Shown piece after piece: positions 1-8,371 of a stretch of 32,000 nt of DNA. Each line of letters begins with the position of its first letter. The stretch's first letter is position 1. The notes beneath the pieces are model-generated. The model ran no database searches and had not been told where the DNA came from. It saw only the letters and a list, made by a program, of their open reading frames with translations. Source of the DNA: an uncultured archaeon (GTDB taxonomy: Archaea > Asgardarchaeota > Thorarchaeia > Thorarchaeales > Thorarchaeaceae); assembly GCA_964354495.1 (NCBI GenBank), contig CAYHAA010000016.1:21034-53033 (forward strand), given 5' to 3'. A program made the translations under genes and the position numbers.

Positions 1-191
1 GTATCTGCGAATTTCACGCCGCCCGCCTTTCCTCTCTTCCCCGCAAGCACCTGTGCCTTCACAACAACAGGTCTGCCTACCTCCGCGGCACGTGCCTTGG
101 CCTCTTCGGGCGTCCTCGCAACACCACCTGGAGGTATTGGCATATTGAAAGTTCTGAAGATGTCCTTCGCTTCATGTTCGAATAGCTTCAT
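1..191 (-). CDS. sucC: Succinyl-CoA synthetase beta subunit (ATP-grasp), N-terminal part only; runs off the left edge of the window
   Basis: Not in the ORF track. Manual minus-strand translation from ATG 191 gives [63 protein letters not shown]. This is the classic SCS-beta N-terminus (MxLxExxAK...VVKAQVxxGxRGKAGGV). An SD-like GGTGA lies 6 nt upstream. An ADP-forming acyl-CoA synthetase paralog cannot be excluded from 63 aa. Confidence 0.85.
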   Translation of the reverse strand, partial: MKLFEHEAKDIFRTFNMPIPPGGVARTPEEAKARAAEVGRPVVVKAQVLAGKRGKAGGVKFAD

Positions 192-236
192 CAATGATCA
201 CCATGTTAGGCCTGACCCGCCTCGGTTCATGTCCGT

Positions 237-242
237 AAAAAA
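237..242 (-). terminator. Possible archaeal oligo-U terminator
   Basis: A T6 run on the minus strand follows immediately after the TAA stop (243-245) of the helicase-like gene. Confidence 0.3.
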
Positions 243-2450
243 TTACCGCATGGAGTTGAGCAGCGTAAGAAGACTGACCTCCATCTCCTCTGCCTCCTTT
301 CTGAGAGCATGTCTCTGTTCCATGAGACTGAGAAGAATGTGGTTGATGTACTCTAGCTCTTCAAGACAGTTCTCTACTATCCCCGGCATATTATCTTCGC
401 AGACCACCTCATCAATACTGGCGGCAGGAAGTTTGCTCAGTACCTGATTCGCCACAGGTTCAAGCATCTCTGCTCTTGCTCGAATGAGGCCTCGAAGAAC
501 CGTCTTCAGGTCTGAGCGTTTGTCACCGATGGCTCTCATTACCTTCTTTGCATCTTTGACAGGAACACCCAGTATTGATACATTCTCTCCAAGAGGGGTG
601 CACTTGATACTCTTTCCATCACGAGTTATGAGCCCGTCCATCTCAAGTTCACCAAAGACTTCGAGTCCCCGCAACGCCTGCTTGATCACTCCTGCAGCAT
701 ATGCCTTGGTATCGTCCTGCCTCATGGCATACGTTGAGAACTTGACCAAGTGTTTGCAGAGACGGTGCCTCCGAATGTCTTGAAATTTCCAGGACTCACA
801 TGAACATGACACCCCGTCTCGTGATCGCAGCGAAACGTAGTGCCAGATCTCCCTGCTTCCACTGTGAACCAGCCCCTCAATCTTGTCAGGTCTCACTGAG
901 ACAAGTTTCACGCTCTCATCAGGAATCTCATTTGCCCGATTAAATGTGGACTTTGTAGAGCGCATCATCAAGAGAGAGTCCACGGAGGCATCTTCAGGAA
1001 TCTCAATTCCAATCTCCCTCACATTGGTGACTCTGCTGCTACTTCCCCAGAATGTTCGATCGATTACTGAGAACGGGTCATCCCTCTTCTCCTGTTTTCC
1101 ACATAACTGCATGAGAACAAGGTCCTGAATGTTCTCAGCCTCATCCATTTCACTATCGACTTCGCCGTGTATTGGAAGTAGGTTTCCCTCCGCGTCCCTG
1201 TCAAAGTACTTAGCTAGAATCCTGATTCGCTCTTGTTCATTGTTTACGACCACTATGCCAAAAGACTCGTTATCGATTCCTCGCCGTCCAGACGATCCCA
1301 GGACGTCACTTAGTTGCCACTCTGACAGCATCGCGACTGCATCCTCTTGGGACAACTCCTTTCCGAACTTCTGCAAGTATACCCCCATGAGAAAGACCAA
1401 TGATGCATGTAGACCACTTGCAATGGCAAAACGAATTGGCATGACAATTACCGGGAGAAGGCCCTCCTCCCAGGCCTTGGTTATTTCGCGTCTCTGGGAG
1501 GTAGACACGCCCTCATGAAAGAATGCAACTCCCCTCGATATCATCTGGCTCAGTTTCACCGTCATAGTACACTGCGGGTATTTCTTGAGAATCTCCCTTG
1601 CAAGCTGACTCAGATCATCGCGATGCTCAGGAGTCAGTCTCAGGTCCAAGACTGCAGATGTAGGCGTCTGTGCGACACCAGACAATTGACTTGCCATGTC
1701 CTCGCAAGCCTGTATATTCGCGCAAAGTATCATCACTTGCCCACTGCGATAATGAACAAACTCTGTCAGGTCCGCAAGTGAATCATTGATGTCTTCAAAT
1801 GCCTTCACGCTGAAGATTCGTTTCACATCTTCCTTCGCATCTTCTACTATACTGGCCTTCAACCAGTCGCTCAACTCCCTAAGGTTCTCAAGAGGGGGGC
1901 AGATTGCAATGTACTGCACACCCGTCAGTCCTAATAGGGTCACAAGAGACGTCTCCAGCCGCGCCCCTAATTCCGGTTGCCCTATGAGGTCAAGACGGTC
2001 TACTAGAACACAGACCAGGTCCTCCAGAATTGCTGGGTTCACCCTAGATGCAATATCGAAGGACTGGTACGTGGCGACGATGACCCGGCCTGTTCCAGCA
2101 GTCATTCTCGAAGCATTTCGTCTACGGATTATCTGTATTGCTTCTATGCCAAGCCTTCTGCATTTTTGGCTCAAGGACTGGAACCGTTTCTCTGCTTGGT
2201 GTGGGTTCGGGCAGAGGACCAAGGCTCTCGCTATGTGGTCTGATGCAACACGGTTCAGGAGCGAGATCTCTGCGATTGTATATGCCTCATCATAATCATG
2301 AGAGACTAGAATTTGGCTGACTCCTCTGGTCAAGCCCTTGCCGACAGCATCTTTCTGGAAGTCAGTCAGGTTTGCAAGACCCTGCCTTCTCAATACCTCC
2401 AGCAGCCGAGGTGCGACTTGCTGGAGTTCTAGTTCCTTGAGGGTGCTCAG
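243..2450 (-). CDS. Hel308/Ski2-like SF2 helicase homolog, predicted catalytically inactive, with an inserted SWIM zinc-finger domain
   Basis: Colinear with archaeal Hel308/Hjm: Q-motif (LTDFQKDAV), IAEISLL, VIVATY, LIGQPELGARLE, NLRELSDWL, GVAFFHEG, winged-helix TPLG. Motif I reads SHDYDEAY, motif II DRLD, motif III CPP, motif VI DVLGSSGR. SWIM CSCx13CKH lies at 816-750. The track start is TTG 2393, but the frame is open to 2468 and Hel308-like sequence continues upstream, so CTG 2450 is the preferred start. Confidence 0.85.
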   Translation of the reverse strand: MSTLKELELQQVAPRLLEVLRRQGLANLTDFQKDAVGKGLTRGVSQILVSHDYDEAYTIAEISLLNRVASDHIARALVLCPNPHQAEKRFQSLSQKCRRLGIEAIQIIRRRNASRMTAGTGRVIVATYQSFDIASRVNPAILEDLVCVLVDRLDLIGQPELGARLETSLVTLLGLTGVQYIAICPPLENLRELSDWLKASIVEDAKEDVKRIFSVKAFEDINDSLADLTEFVHYRSGQVMILCANIQACEDMASQLSGVAQTPTSAVLDLRLTPEHRDDLSQLAREILKKYPQCTMTVKLSQMISRGVAFFHEGVSTSQRREITKAWEEGLLPVIVMPIRFAIASGLHASLVFLMGVYLQKFGKELSQEDAVAMLSEWQLSDVLGSSGRRGIDNESFGIVVVNNEQERIRILAKYFDRDAEGNLLPIHGEVDSEMDEAENIQDLVLMQLCGKQEKRDDPFSVIDRTFWGSSSRVTNVREIGIEIPEDASVDSLLMMRSTKSTFNRANEIPDESVKLVSVRPDKIEGLVHSGSREIWHYVSLRSRDGVSCSCESWKFQDIRRHRLCKHLVKFSTYAMRQDDTKAYAAGVIKQALRGLEVFGELEMDGLITRDGKSIKCTPLGENVSILGVPVKDAKKVMRAIGDKRSDLKTVLRGLIRARAEMLEPVANQVLSKLPAASIDEVVCEDNMPGIVENCLEELEYINHILLSLMEQRHALRKEAEEMEVSLLTLLNSMR

Positions 2451-2737
2451 ATACTGCCACTCCGTCGTTCATTTGAGCATACTCTAATGCTATGAGGACG
2501 TAGTATCATATCCTATTAGTTTTACGTGTGTTTGGTCCAAATAGCGTTGAGCTGGTCCAAAAATACTCAAAAAGGAGTGCGTGGACGGCATGTCACCTCT
2601 CGCCAAGACTGTGAGCAGGTGGTCTATCTTACGCAGACACATACAAAGTCTCAAAAGCAGCAATCGATAGAACTGATTGAAAAGGCATAATGTAGGGTTT
2701 ATGCAATCCGTCCTTTCATATTGAGGCTTGAATAGTA

Positions 2738-3478
2738 ATGGCTTTTGTAGCTACTACCGACTCGAACTTTCAGATTATCCTGAAGAAGGGATTCAAAGTC
2801 AGACCAGGTTCAACATTCATCTGTGGGTTTCACGGACTTGGCGAAGTGGGTTTTCTGAGCACAGCACATCTGACAAGGACTCTCGAGGCAGAACGTGTGG
2901 GTTTCATAAAGAGCGACATGTTACCGCTCTTTGTGTCGATGGAGGACAAGAAACTGGTCCTGCCGTTCGAGATCTACTCCTATGGACCAAAGAAGATGGT
3001 GTTCTTGGTTCCTCGGTTCCAACCGCATCAGTCAGAGCAGTGGGGCTTTATCGACAAGCTCGCCAAGTGGATTGCAGAGAATGAATTCGAGGAGACCCTT
3101 CTCCTTGGAGGTCTAGATGCCAGCTTCAAGGAGGACGATCAGGAGATGCGTTCTGTTCCAACCTCAGCATACGAGCCCAGACTTGAGAAATGGTCAGTTC
3201 CCCTGCTAGAGGAAGGCCTCTTCGTGGCTGGTCCTCTGGCACTGATACTCGCTGAGCTTGAGATGCTTGACGTACCAGCAATCGGTCTTCTCACATATGC
3301 GACCCGTGGCCGACCCGATCCACGCTCTGCTGCCACCATGCTCGAGAAGATCAACGAGGTGTATGGTCTAGAGGCTAATGTTGAACAGCTGCTAGAGGAG
3401 TCCCGTGAGATTGAGCGCCTCGAGAAGATGCGGAAATCAATAGAATCTTCTGACAGGCCTGGTGACATGTTCGTCTAA
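2738..3478 (+). CDS. PAC2-family (proteasome assembly chaperone, PbaA/PbaB-like) protein
   Basis: 246 aa with GFHGLGEVG, LLLGGL, GPLALIL, PDPRSAA and a C-terminal helix ending MFV, all typical of PAC2. Confidence 0.85.
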   Translation: MAFVATTDSNFQIILKKGFKVRPGSTFICGFHGLGEVGFLSTAHLTRTLEAERVGFIKSDMLPLFVSMEDKKLVLPFEIYSYGPKKMVFLVPRFQPHQSEQWGFIDKLAKWIAENEFEETLLLGGLDASFKEDDQEMRSVPTSAYEPRLEKWSVPLLEEGLFVAGPLALILAELEMLDVPAIGLLTYATRGRPDPRSAATMLEKINEVYGLEANVEQLLEESREIERLEKMRKSIESSDRPGDMFV

Positions 3479-3625
3479 CGTTCACTGTAACGTGGACAAT
3501 CCTGGACATACGCCCTTTGTCCTTCCAGAAACGGCACTGGGACCTTCCTAATGCTAGACGAATGGTACAGACTTATATCATCAAACAAATGTCTGCTGAG
3601 TGTCCATGTTTTCGTAGATGTTCGT

Positions 3626-4171
3626 CTAGCCAAGTCTTCGGATGAACCATCCAATATCCACGAGATTCTTGCCCACGAGACTATCTTGAGACAGATACTC
3701 GATTCGTGTGGCATCCACAGTTAGAGAGGCAATACCCAGACAGTCATGTTCTTCGTTCACAATGAGGACCCTTTGCCCTCTCTTCAAATTGGGCTCGTAC
3801 CAGACGACAGACGCCTTGAGTATGCTCCGGCCATATGTGAACGCCTCTGCGCCTCTTCTCGAGACAATGACTACTTTGGTCGTCAGCTTCACCAGTTCAG
3901 GAATGATCTGAAGGCTCAGTCTGAAACCATCCTTCGCCACAACTCCCAGTTGCCTCCCGACAAGATGATAGTCGAATCCAACTGGAGTCTCTTCTAACAG
4001 ACGTCGCATCCAAGCAGTCGGGACGAGGTAGATGTTTCTCCAATCCTTATCAATCAGAACAATCGGAGTTCGAGCACCCAGCAATTTCCTGCTTATGCCA
4101 TCACCATACTCAGTATCTATCGATCGTGCAATACTCTCCCACTCAATTGTGTCCAAAATCTGTGGCTTCAT
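3626..4171 (-). CDS. nip7: NIP7-like (UPF0113) PUA-domain ribosome biogenesis protein
   Basis: 181 aa with a C-terminal PUA signature (GAEAFTYGRSIL...GQRVLIVNE...LGIA...DIGWFIR). Its ATG overlaps the NOP2 stop (TAATG). Confidence 0.8.
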   Translation of the reverse strand: MKPQILDTIEWESIARSIDTEYGDGISRKLLGARTPIVLIDKDWRNIYLVPTAWMRRLLEETPVGFDYHLVGRQLGVVAKDGFRLSLQIIPELVKLTTKVVIVSRRGAEAFTYGRSILKASVVWYEPNLKRGQRVLIVNEEHDCLGIASLTVDATRIEYLSQDSLVGKNLVDIGWFIRRLG

Positions 4172-5175
4172 TAGGCGCCCTCCTTGGTCATCTTGCAGAT
4201 GAAGAAGCCCTCTGTGCCATCCTTATGGGGGAGAAATCGGCGAGCCATCTTCAGTGATTCATCAAGCTGAACACCAAATGGCTCGGTGTATCCCGGGGAC
4301 CCGAATTCAAGAGGTATTGGTACTATCTTCACTTCATGGTGTCGCTTCAGAATGCTGTCTACTATGTATTCGTTCTCTTCAGGCGCAATCGAACAGGTTG
4401 AGTATACGATAGTGCCGCCGGGAGCCAAGATAGAGATTGCTGCATCGAGCATCTCGTCCTCCCTTGTAGCGCAATAGTGCACATCAGCCATGGTCTTGCT
4501 GGTCTTTCTTGTTGGATCTAGGGGAATCAGTCCCTCTCCAGAACATGGAGCATCCAGAAGTATTCTGTCTGGTTCTATGTTTAGAGCCGGTATTTTCCTT
4601 GCATCACCCCTGAGAACCAATGCGTTGGTGACACCGCAACGCAATATGTTGCTCTCCAGACTTGTCAACCGCTCACGATCCTGTTCAATAGCAATGACCA
4701 TGCCTGTGTTTTGCATCTCCTGGGCGATATGGGTCGTCTTTCCTCCTGGAGCAGCTGCTAGGTCAAGGACTGTTTCGTCTGGCTTTGGGCCCAAGACATT
4801 GACCGTGGTCATCGAGGGAACACCCTGTACATAATAGAATCCGAGCATATGTTCTAAGAACGCGCCGGGTGTTGATGTATTCGTGAAGTCACCATAATAT
4901 CCAGTGTCGAGCCAAGGAATTGGCTCAAGGGCAATCCCCTTTCTCTTCATCCTCTTGATTACAGTCTCTTGCGCAGCTCTCAGGGTATTCACTCGTATCG
5001 AGGTTCTTATTGGCAGCTCACACGCCTTTAGGAACTGCAGTGTTTCCTGTTCGCCCCAGAGAACGAGATATCTCTCAATCATGTACTGTAGATATCCGTG
5101 CTCCTTGGCAAGGACCTTTGCTCTCTCTCTCAGCTCCTTTCGTGCCATCATCTCGATCTCCGGATTCTCAATCAT
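4171..5175 (-). CDS. NOL1/NOP2/Sun (RsmB-family) RNA cytosine-C5 methyltransferase
   Basis: 334 aa with DLAAAPGGKT, ILLDAPCSGEG (motif IV Cys) and VYSTCS...ENE (motif VI Cys), then R..PH..GTEGFF. Confidence 0.95.
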   Translation of the reverse strand: MIENPEIEMMARKELRERAKVLAKEHGYLQYMIERYLVLWGEQETLQFLKACELPIRTSIRVNTLRAAQETVIKRMKRKGIALEPIPWLDTGYYGDFTNTSTPGAFLEHMLGFYYVQGVPSMTTVNVLGPKPDETVLDLAAAPGGKTTHIAQEMQNTGMVIAIEQDRERLTSLESNILRCGVTNALVLRGDARKIPALNIEPDRILLDAPCSGEGLIPLDPTRKTSKTMADVHYCATREDEMLDAAISILAPGGTIVYSTCSIAPEENEYIVDSILKRHHEVKIVPIPLEFGSPGYTEPFGVQLDESLKMARRFLPHKDGTEGFFICKMTKEGA

Positions 5176-5618
5176 TCTCCAATGTCTTCATTCCACAGAA
5201 ACGGGTTGCCCCTGATGAAGTCCCTCATGATGGATATGCATTTCTCATCTTGGAGAACCACAACTTCTACACCACGTCCTCTCACATGCTCTTCAGGACC
5301 TTGGAAATTAGTGTTCTCGCCCACGACAACGCGCGGAATCCCATAGAGCAATACAGCTCCACTGCACATATCACATGGAGAGAGAGTTGAATAGAGTGTG
5401 GCTCTCCTGTAGTCCTTTGCTTTGAGTCGTCCCGCGTTCTCAAGACAGTCCATCTCAGCATGAAGGATTGAACTATCCTCTTGGATTCGCTTGTTGTGTC
5501 CTCTTCCCCTTATCTTACCATCAATGACTAGAACGGAGCCTATAGGAATCCCGCCCTCCGCAAGTCCCATCTTTGCCTCTTTGATTGCCTCCAGCATGAA
5601 TATGGTATCAGTATCCAT
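5172..5618 (-). CDS. Cytosine deaminase, Zn-dependent CDA fold, yeast FCY1-like
   Basis: HAE and TLSPCDMC Zn motifs, GIPRVVVGEN and C-terminal WNEDIGE are typical of the FCY1 type. The start is placed at ATG 5618, 6 nt after SD GAGGTG (track start 5627). The stop overlaps the NOP2 start (ATGA). Confidence 0.85.
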   Translation of the reverse strand: MDTDTIFMLEAIKEAKMGLAEGGIPIGSVLVIDGKIRGRGHNKRIQEDSSILHAEMDCLENAGRLKAKDYRRATLYSTLSPCDMCSGAVLLYGIPRVVVGENTNFQGPEEHVRGRGVEVVVLQDEKCISIMRDFIRGNPFLWNEDIGE

Positions 5619-5634
5619 CCATAGCACCTCGATT

Positions 5635-6885
5635 TCAGTATCTTTTGAGAGCCTTCTTCAGTTCTGAGGTCTCAGGCGATATCAATGGTACCTTTGGTGT
5701 CAGTCGGTCTGGTGTCGCTAAGTCCTTGAATCCGGAGCCAGTGATTGGCACTACAACTCGATCTGATGGGTCAATCACGCCCTCAGACACAAGTCTTCTC
5801 AGTCCTGCGAGACCCGCCACACCACTCGGTTCAGCGAATATTCCCTCGAGTTTTCCAAGATTCACTAAGGCCTCTTCTATTGAGTCATCCGATACCGCTA
5901 TGGCCTCTCCGTCTGCAATATTCAGATACTTGATTGCAGCATCGCCATCCCATGGGAACGGGTCGGCAAGACCTCCAGCAACTGTATCATTGGAGCTCCA
6001 TGGAGTGATGTTCAGAGGGTCCTGTCCCTCATCGAATGCGCGAACAATGGGTGCACAACCCTCTGGTTGCACGACAACTGGTCTTGGCAGGTCATCGATG
6101 AGCCCCATTTGCTGGAACTCCCACAATCCCTTCATGGTGCCGGCCATCAAGCCCCCGCTTCCTGTTGGGAATAGAATCCAGTCTGGCGGGTTCCATGCAG
6201 TCTGCTCCGCAATCTCATAGCCTAGTGATTTGGTCCCTTCGAATTGGAAGCAGTTGAATGGTCCAAAGGAGGGCGTTGGCGTCCAACCGAACTCAGCACA
6301 AGCAGCACGGAGAAGCGTTGTGGTGGGATCCACACCCTGTTGGACCTTTCTGACTCTGAAGACCTTTGCTCCGAGCGTTCGCAGATGAATCAGTTTGCCT
6401 GCCGGTGCCTCCTCTGGTACAAACACTACAGCCTGGAGGCCTGCTCTGGCGGCATAGGTAGACATGGCCGCAGCTGCATTTCCTGAGGATGCCGCAGACA
6501 CGGTCACAGCTCCGTCTTCCAATGCCTTGCTCACACCGACGCAGATTGGTCGGTCCTTGAATGAGCCTGATGGATTGAATATCTCGTTCTTGAGATGGAG
6601 TCCTCTCAGTTTCCAGTCCTCAGCAAGCCTCTTGCTCGGGAGTAGAGGTGTATTTCCCTCTCCGAGCGTGACGATATTGCGCTGGTCGCGAAGGGGCATC
6701 AGGTCGAAGTACTTCCAGAGTCCCCCGCTCTTCTTCATCAAGGACTTTCTTGTGACTGTCTCCTTGAGCGATTCGAGGTCAAATTCGAAGTCAATTCGCC
6801 CTCCGCAGCCGTCATTTGGAGGAACATTGCTCTCAGTGTACTGCTTCCCGCATTTTGCACATTCAATTCTGTTAATCCTTGACAC
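5635..6885 (-). CDS. thrC: Threonine synthase (fold-type II PLP enzyme)
   Basis: 416 aa with LGEGNTPL, NPSGSFKDR (PLP Lys), ASSGNAAAAMSTYAARAG, PTGSGG, EGIFAEPSG and PITGSGFKD, plus an N-terminal Zn-ribbon-like segment. Confidence 0.85.
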   Translation of the reverse strand: MSRINRIECAKCGKQYTESNVPPNDGCGGRIDFEFDLESLKETVTRKSLMKKSGGLWKYFDLMPLRDQRNIVTLGEGNTPLLPSKRLAEDWKLRGLHLKNEIFNPSGSFKDRPICVGVSKALEDGAVTVSAASSGNAAAAMSTYAARAGLQAVVFVPEEAPAGKLIHLRTLGAKVFRVRKVQQGVDPTTTLLRAACAEFGWTPTPSFGPFNCFQFEGTKSLGYEIAEQTAWNPPDWILFPTGSGGLMAGTMKGLWEFQQMGLIDDLPRPVVVQPEGCAPIVRAFDEGQDPLNITPWSSNDTVAGGLADPFPWDGDAAIKYLNIADGEAIAVSDDSIEEALVNLGKLEGIFAEPSGVAGLAGLRRLVSEGVIDPSDRVVVPITGSGFKDLATPDRLTPKVPLISPETSELKKALKRY

Positions 6886-6993
6886 GTTGATACCAGCTGG
6901 TTCTTCAGGTGGACGTTCTGTTATTTGGATTGTGGCTTATGGCATGGAAACATCTAACAATGTGATGTCAGATACCGTACAGGAGGAATAGTC

Positions 6994-7578
6994 TTGAAAG
7001 CATCCTATGAGGTCGAGGTCAAAGTCCGAGTCAACGATGCGAGAGCAATCGAACAAGTAATCCTCCACGCAGGAGGTCGGCGACTGAACTCAGAGATTCA
7101 GACCGACATGTACTATGACCATCCCTGTCGTTCGTTCTCTCAGACCGACGAAGCCGTCAGAATACGGGCTCGAGAGGCTGTTGACAATGTTCCATTATCG
7201 AACTCAGGACATGCTCCCATGGAGCTTACCTACAAGGGGCCCAAGGTTGACAAGACGACCAAGACACGTCTGGAGTATACCACGGGAATCACTGATCTTG
7301 ATGCCACCATCTCTATTCTCCATCACACCGGGTTCAAGCACGTAGCAACCATCAAGAAGCATCGTCTCTTCTTCGATATCAAGGGGACTACCGTGAGCAT
7401 AGACGATGTGGATGATGTGGGGCTATTCATTGAATTGGAGATCATCGCAGCCAGTAAGAGGAGCATGGAGGCCGCAAGGAACAGGGTCATCTCTCTAGTG
7501 CAACAGCTCGGGCTTAATCCCGATTCAATGATAAGAGAGTCATATCTTGAGCTCTACCTTAGGCGAGTCGCTCATTGA
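6994..7578 (+). CDS. cyaB: Class IV adenylate cyclase-like CYTH-domain protein
   Basis: N-terminal EVEVK (ExExK), DEAVRIR, LTYKGPK, R-EY, KKHR and LGLFIELE. TTG start follows SD GGAGG. True substrate (cyclase or triphosphatase) is not determinable from sequence. Confidence 0.85.
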   Translation: MKASYEVEVKVRVNDARAIEQVILHAGGRRLNSEIQTDMYYDHPCRSFSQTDEAVRIRAREAVDNVPLSNSGHAPMELTYKGPKVDKTTKTRLEYTTGITDLDATISILHHTGFKHVATIKKHRLFFDIKGTTVSIDDVDDVGLFIELEIIAASKRSMEAARNRVISLVQQLGLNPDSMIRESYLELYLRRVAH

Positions 7579-8162
7579 TGCTCACTGCTGATCTCCTGTC
7601 TCAGTTGCTGAACAAACCTGTGGAGGGTCTTGTGACGTTCTGCAGCCAGCTTCTTTGCAGGAGCCGTGTACATCAGGTCCTTCAATCTTAGTAGTTTGTC
7701 TTCAGTGTGATTCAGAAATCCCTGAATTCCTTTTCCTGATGCTGCTGCTTGAGCTATGGCTCGATACACGCCAATGGCTCCCATTGCATCAAGCTTGTCC
7801 GCATCACTGAGTATCTGCCCCTCAAGAGAAGTCGGTTCAACATTCTCACTGAACCTATGTGTCCTGATTGCATCCACAATATGCTGTATCTCCCCAGCTG
7901 TATATCCGAGTTCTCGGAGATACTCTCGGCTCATCTCTCCAGATAGGATGGAATGCGAGACACCGGAATCTGCCTCTCTCGGCCTGCCGACATCATGAAG
8001 AAGCGCCGCCGCTTCGAGGACTCTCATATTGACCTGCAGTCCTTTGCTCAGCTGCATGGACAAGGAATATACCCTCATGCTATGGTCGTACGTGTGCGCC
8101 CCGAGCTGTGACCCAGAGAGTTGTTTCTGGACAAAACCCGTTATCATTGACTTTGTAGACAC
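7572..8162 (-). CDS. HD-domain metal-dependent phosphohydrolase
   Basis: H...HSMRV, AALLHDVGR, H-R-F and SDADKLDAMGAIG are present. The start could be GTG 8162 or ATG 8147. Confidence 0.9.
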   Translation of the reverse strand: MSTKSMITGFVQKQLSGSQLGAHTYDHSMRVYSLSMQLSKGLQVNMRVLEAAALLHDVGRPREADSGVSHSILSGEMSREYLRELGYTAGEIQHIVDAIRTHRFSENVEPTSLEGQILSDADKLDAMGAIGVYRAIAQAAASGKGIQGFLNHTEDKLLRLKDLMYTAPAKKLAAERHKTLHRFVQQLRQEISSEHQ

Positions 8163-8371
8163 TGATCAAGGCCTCCTTTGAATGATTCCTGGTGTCTGTC
8201 GAATGTGGTTCCTAGTGTCTTTTGTTCCCTCCGGTCCTTTCGATAAACAGAATTTGGAGCATCCAAGATATCCTTTAATTGCTAAAGCCGGAGGATTGAG
8301 GGTGACATGACACGCCGAATCAGTTCTAGTCACCACCAACCCCCTCTCGGGGAAGCAAGAGGATCTGGCAG

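Noticed and set aside
400-430. RAR tripeptide (GLIRARAEM) in the pseudo-helicase as the Hel308 domain-5 autoinhibitory RAR motif
   Set aside because: It lies within the ratchet-domain region and lacks the HhH context, so it is probably coincidental.
2469-2480. In-frame ATG-CTC-AAA-TGA just upstream of the pseudo-helicase, and the in-frame TGA between the 23872 micro-ORF and the ArsR-like gene, as possible selenocysteine or readthrough sites
   Set aside because: Neither UGA falls at a position where homologs have a conserved Cys, and I saw no SECIS-like structure. Both downstream genes have their own SD-like sites, and in-frame placement has a one-in-three chance.
2491-2670. Short ORFs in the helicase/PAC2 gap (plus strand 2590-2670, 26 aa; minus strand 33 aa from ATG 2592)
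   Set aside because: SD spacing is poor, there is no motif or paralog support, and the two overlap each other and the likely promoter elements.
3479-3625. 147-nt gap between the convergent PAC2 and NIP7 genes as a C/D-box sRNA or small gene (track ORF 3475-3714)
   Set aside because: There is a C-box-like TGATGA on the minus strand (3583-3578) but no properly placed CTGA D box or terminal stem. The ORF translation has no recognisable features.
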